Source: Blepharisma stoltei ATCC 30299 (Eukaryota; Protista; Ciliophora). Taken from it: a stretch of DNA of 64,000 bases. The position numbers and the translations under genes are program-made. The number at the start of each line of letters is the position of its first letter. Position 1 is the stretch's first letter. The stretch lies in NCBI GenBank assembly GCA_965603825.1, contig CBFDEM010000044.1, forward strand, positions 682,001-746,000, in the 5' to 3' direction. Below the pieces are notes generated by a model. The model searched no databases. It was not told the origin of the DNA and worked only from the letters and a program-made list of their open reading frames with translations. Below are positions 61,923 through 64,000 of this stretch, in pieces.

Positions 61923-63629
61923 TTACATGTTTGTGCTACATAAAAATTACTATAAGGGGCCACTTCCTCCTTCTGGAGTGATTCAATTAAGAAACTCCCC
62001 GACTGTTTTTATTTCACAAGCCTTACAGTGCAAACATTTTGTCTGGTCAATTTTCAATTGATCCTGCTCATACGTAAAAACTCCTCCTGGGCAGAACTTC
62101 TCTTCAAGTCCTGCAAATTCCTTGCTTGACCTTTGAGTTTGCTGCTTCTCCATTCCCATTTTAATTTTAATAAAATCTGGCTGATCTGGATCATTCTGTG
62201 TTCCCGATCTTCTGAGATTTGTTAATAAATCAAACGCTATTTTTCCATCAGGTGTAGGATACTGGATCGGCTCATACTCCTTCGCATATTTGGTCGCCTC
62301 TGAATCTCTTCACGAATTTTCTGACTTTGCCCTCAAATTCAGCTTCAGCCTGACTTCATCCTCGCTATAACTAAGCGCTGCCAAATACAAGCCCATCCAA
62401 AAGTTTCTATTAAAGCACGATCTTATATGTCTTACAGATATAAGTTCATCCCAAATCCAAGACCTCCTATATTTTTCATAATAATCATACAAGTCTTTCC
62501 CTTCAGCTTCATCCTTTGATAAAGCCTCATGCAGGACTTCAGCTGCAATCATCCCACTTTTCATAGCTGTATGAGTGCCTTTTAGCTTTGCGTAGTTTAA
62601 AAAACCAGCTGAGTCTCCTATCAGCATTCCTCCTTGAAAAGTTATTTTTGGGACTGAAAAAAATCCTCCTTCAGTCAAAGTTCTTGCTCCATATGCTAAA
62701 CATTCTCCGCCTTCTAAATAATGCTTATAAAGTGGATGAGTCTTAAGACGTTGGAATTCTTGGTAAGGGCTAATGTAAGGGTTATTGTAGTCTAAGCTTA
62801 TAACTAAGCCGACATGGACTTTATCTGCAGCTTGATGGTACATGAACCCTCTTCCCCTTGTAGATAGGTCAAGTGGCCAGTTCAAAGTTTGGATAGCTAG
62901 GCCTTCTTCGAATTTTTCAGGACTGATTTTTCATACCTCCTTGATACCAAGGCCGTAGGATTGGTCAATTGCATATCGTTCACCATCGTCAAATCACCCT
63001 AAATTGAATCGCTTTATTAAGTCTTCTGAGATACTCCCTTTAGATCCTTCTGCAAATAAGGAGTGCTTTGCATAGATTTCGACACCTTTTTGGTAGTCTT
63101 TTCGAGGCTGCCAGTTTTTTCCAATTCCAAAATCGCTACAAATTATACCTTCAACGTATCCTTTTTGGTTAATTAAAACTTCAGAGGCAGGGAAGCTTGG
63201 GTAAATTTGGACTCCAATACTTTCTGCGTATTTTCCTAATCATCTGGTAGTTTCACTGAGAGAAATTATGTAATTGCCTTCGTTATTCAAATATCCAGGC
63301 CTCACAAAGTTAGGTATGCTGAATGATTTATTTTCAGACAAAATTAAAGTCTTGAAATTTCTAACTGGGGTTTTGATAGGACTGTCCATATCACGTCAAT
63401 TTGGAATGAGTTCATCAAGTGCCCTAGGCTCAAATAAGCATCCAGATACTATATGTGCGCCAACCTCTACACCTTTCTCTACAACAATTACTTGATAATC
63501 TGGGTTCAGCTGTTTTAGTCTTATTCCAGCAGATAATCCAGCAGGTCCAGCTCCCACAATGACGACATCGCATATAATTCTGTCTCTCTGAACCATCAAA
63601 GACCCAAATTTTCTTACTGCTTTCAGCAT
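61923..63629 (-). CDS. ETFDH: Electron transfer flavoprotein-ubiquinone oxidoreductase, 563 aa; exons 63629-61951 and 61935-61923
   Basis: IVGAGPAG, LIGDSAGF, KGTHTAMKSG, FCPGG...CLHCKAC 4Fe-4S ligands and C-terminal PEGGSGPLYTNM. Six in-frame TGA (63396, 63240, 62994, 62931, 62310, 61983) read as Trp. Confidence 0.95.
61936..61950 (-). other. 15-nt spliceosomal intron (GTAATTTTTATGTAG) in ETF-QO
   Basis: Removal converts GPL* into GPLYTNM*, matching the family C-terminus GPxYxxM. Confidence 0.9.
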
Positions 63630-63657
63630 TATAAATAATAAATTTTATAATAAATCA

Positions 63658-64000
63658 TTAAATAATTTCGCTCTTTGTGGAACGGAGAGGATTGAAAGGA
63701 CGATTTTTAAAAGAGCTTGGAGAAGCTCTCATAAGTCGAGATTCAATATTCGGCGCAAACTGAGGCGAAATCAAAGGGTCGTATCTCACTATCTTATGAG
63801 AGCTTTCTTCAGCTCTTTCCAAGATCCTCTTAAGGCTTGATTCTGGCTCGAAGTTGACTCTTATTGTATCAGCTTGCTCTTGTGCTTGAATTATCTCGAA
63901 TTCTTTTTCTGGATTTTTATAACGCTTTCTCCGCTCTATGTTCCCACACTCTTTAAGCTCGCCTTCTAAACCTACCATTTTTCTTTTATAATTCTGGATC
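63658..64000 (-). CDS. 3' part of a hypothetical protein; frame is open to the window edge
   Basis: 106-aa ORF ending TAA at 63658. The upstream codons (IQNYKRK) have no stop, so the start probably lies outside the window. Confidence 0.6.
   Translation of the reverse strand, partial: IQNYKRKMVGLEGELKECGNIERRKRYKNPEKEFEIIQAQEQADTIRVNFEPESSLKRILERAEESSHKIVRYDPLISPQFAPNIESRLMRASPSSFKNRPFNPLRSTKSEII

Noticed and set aside
50508-63629. Treating the split ORFs of THOC2, DYRK, USP and ETF-QO as pseudogenes, separate genes or selenoproteins
   Set aside because: They join seamlessly with TGA=Trp and tiny introns; where the residue is recognisably conserved it is Trp, not Cys.
1-64000. Telomeric repeats, tRNA/rRNA genes, intact transposase
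   Set aside because: None recognised by eye; tRNAscan/Infernal could not be run.

Overview
AT-rich, gene-dense eukaryotic DNA that reads as a macronuclear region of a heterotrich ciliate, most likely Blepharisma. In-frame TGA codons fall on conserved Trp positions while TAA/TAG are stops, and the four introns I can place are 15-17 nt. The supplied standard-code ORF track therefore splits several genes, which I rejoined by hand. The window is dominated by one apparently intronless 37.7-kb gene (8267-46006, about 12,579 aa, ~1.4 MDa). It carries about 90 Sfi1-like centrin-binding [FL]xxW helices, nested super-repeats, a long Trp-poor Pro/Ile/Glu/Ser/Lys-rich spacer, a 13 x 53-aa array and a C-terminal IQ motif, making it a candidate titin-scale scaffold for EF-hand Ca2+-binding proteins. 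To its left (1-7.8 kb) is a decaying, tandemly triplicated three-gene cassette: a Frag1/PGAP2-like membrane protein, a Zn-finger/coiled-coil/kelch-like protein and a TLC-domain protein. To its right is a compact run of housekeeping genes: UMP-CMP kinase, PDP-like PP2C, SCOT, ATG8, THOC2, Kv-beta-like AKR, RPL37, a CS-domain protein, DYRK kinase, USP25/28-like protease and ETF-QO. No rRNA, tRNA, CRISPR, telomere or intact transposon was recognised. All counts are hand counts and no database searches were run.
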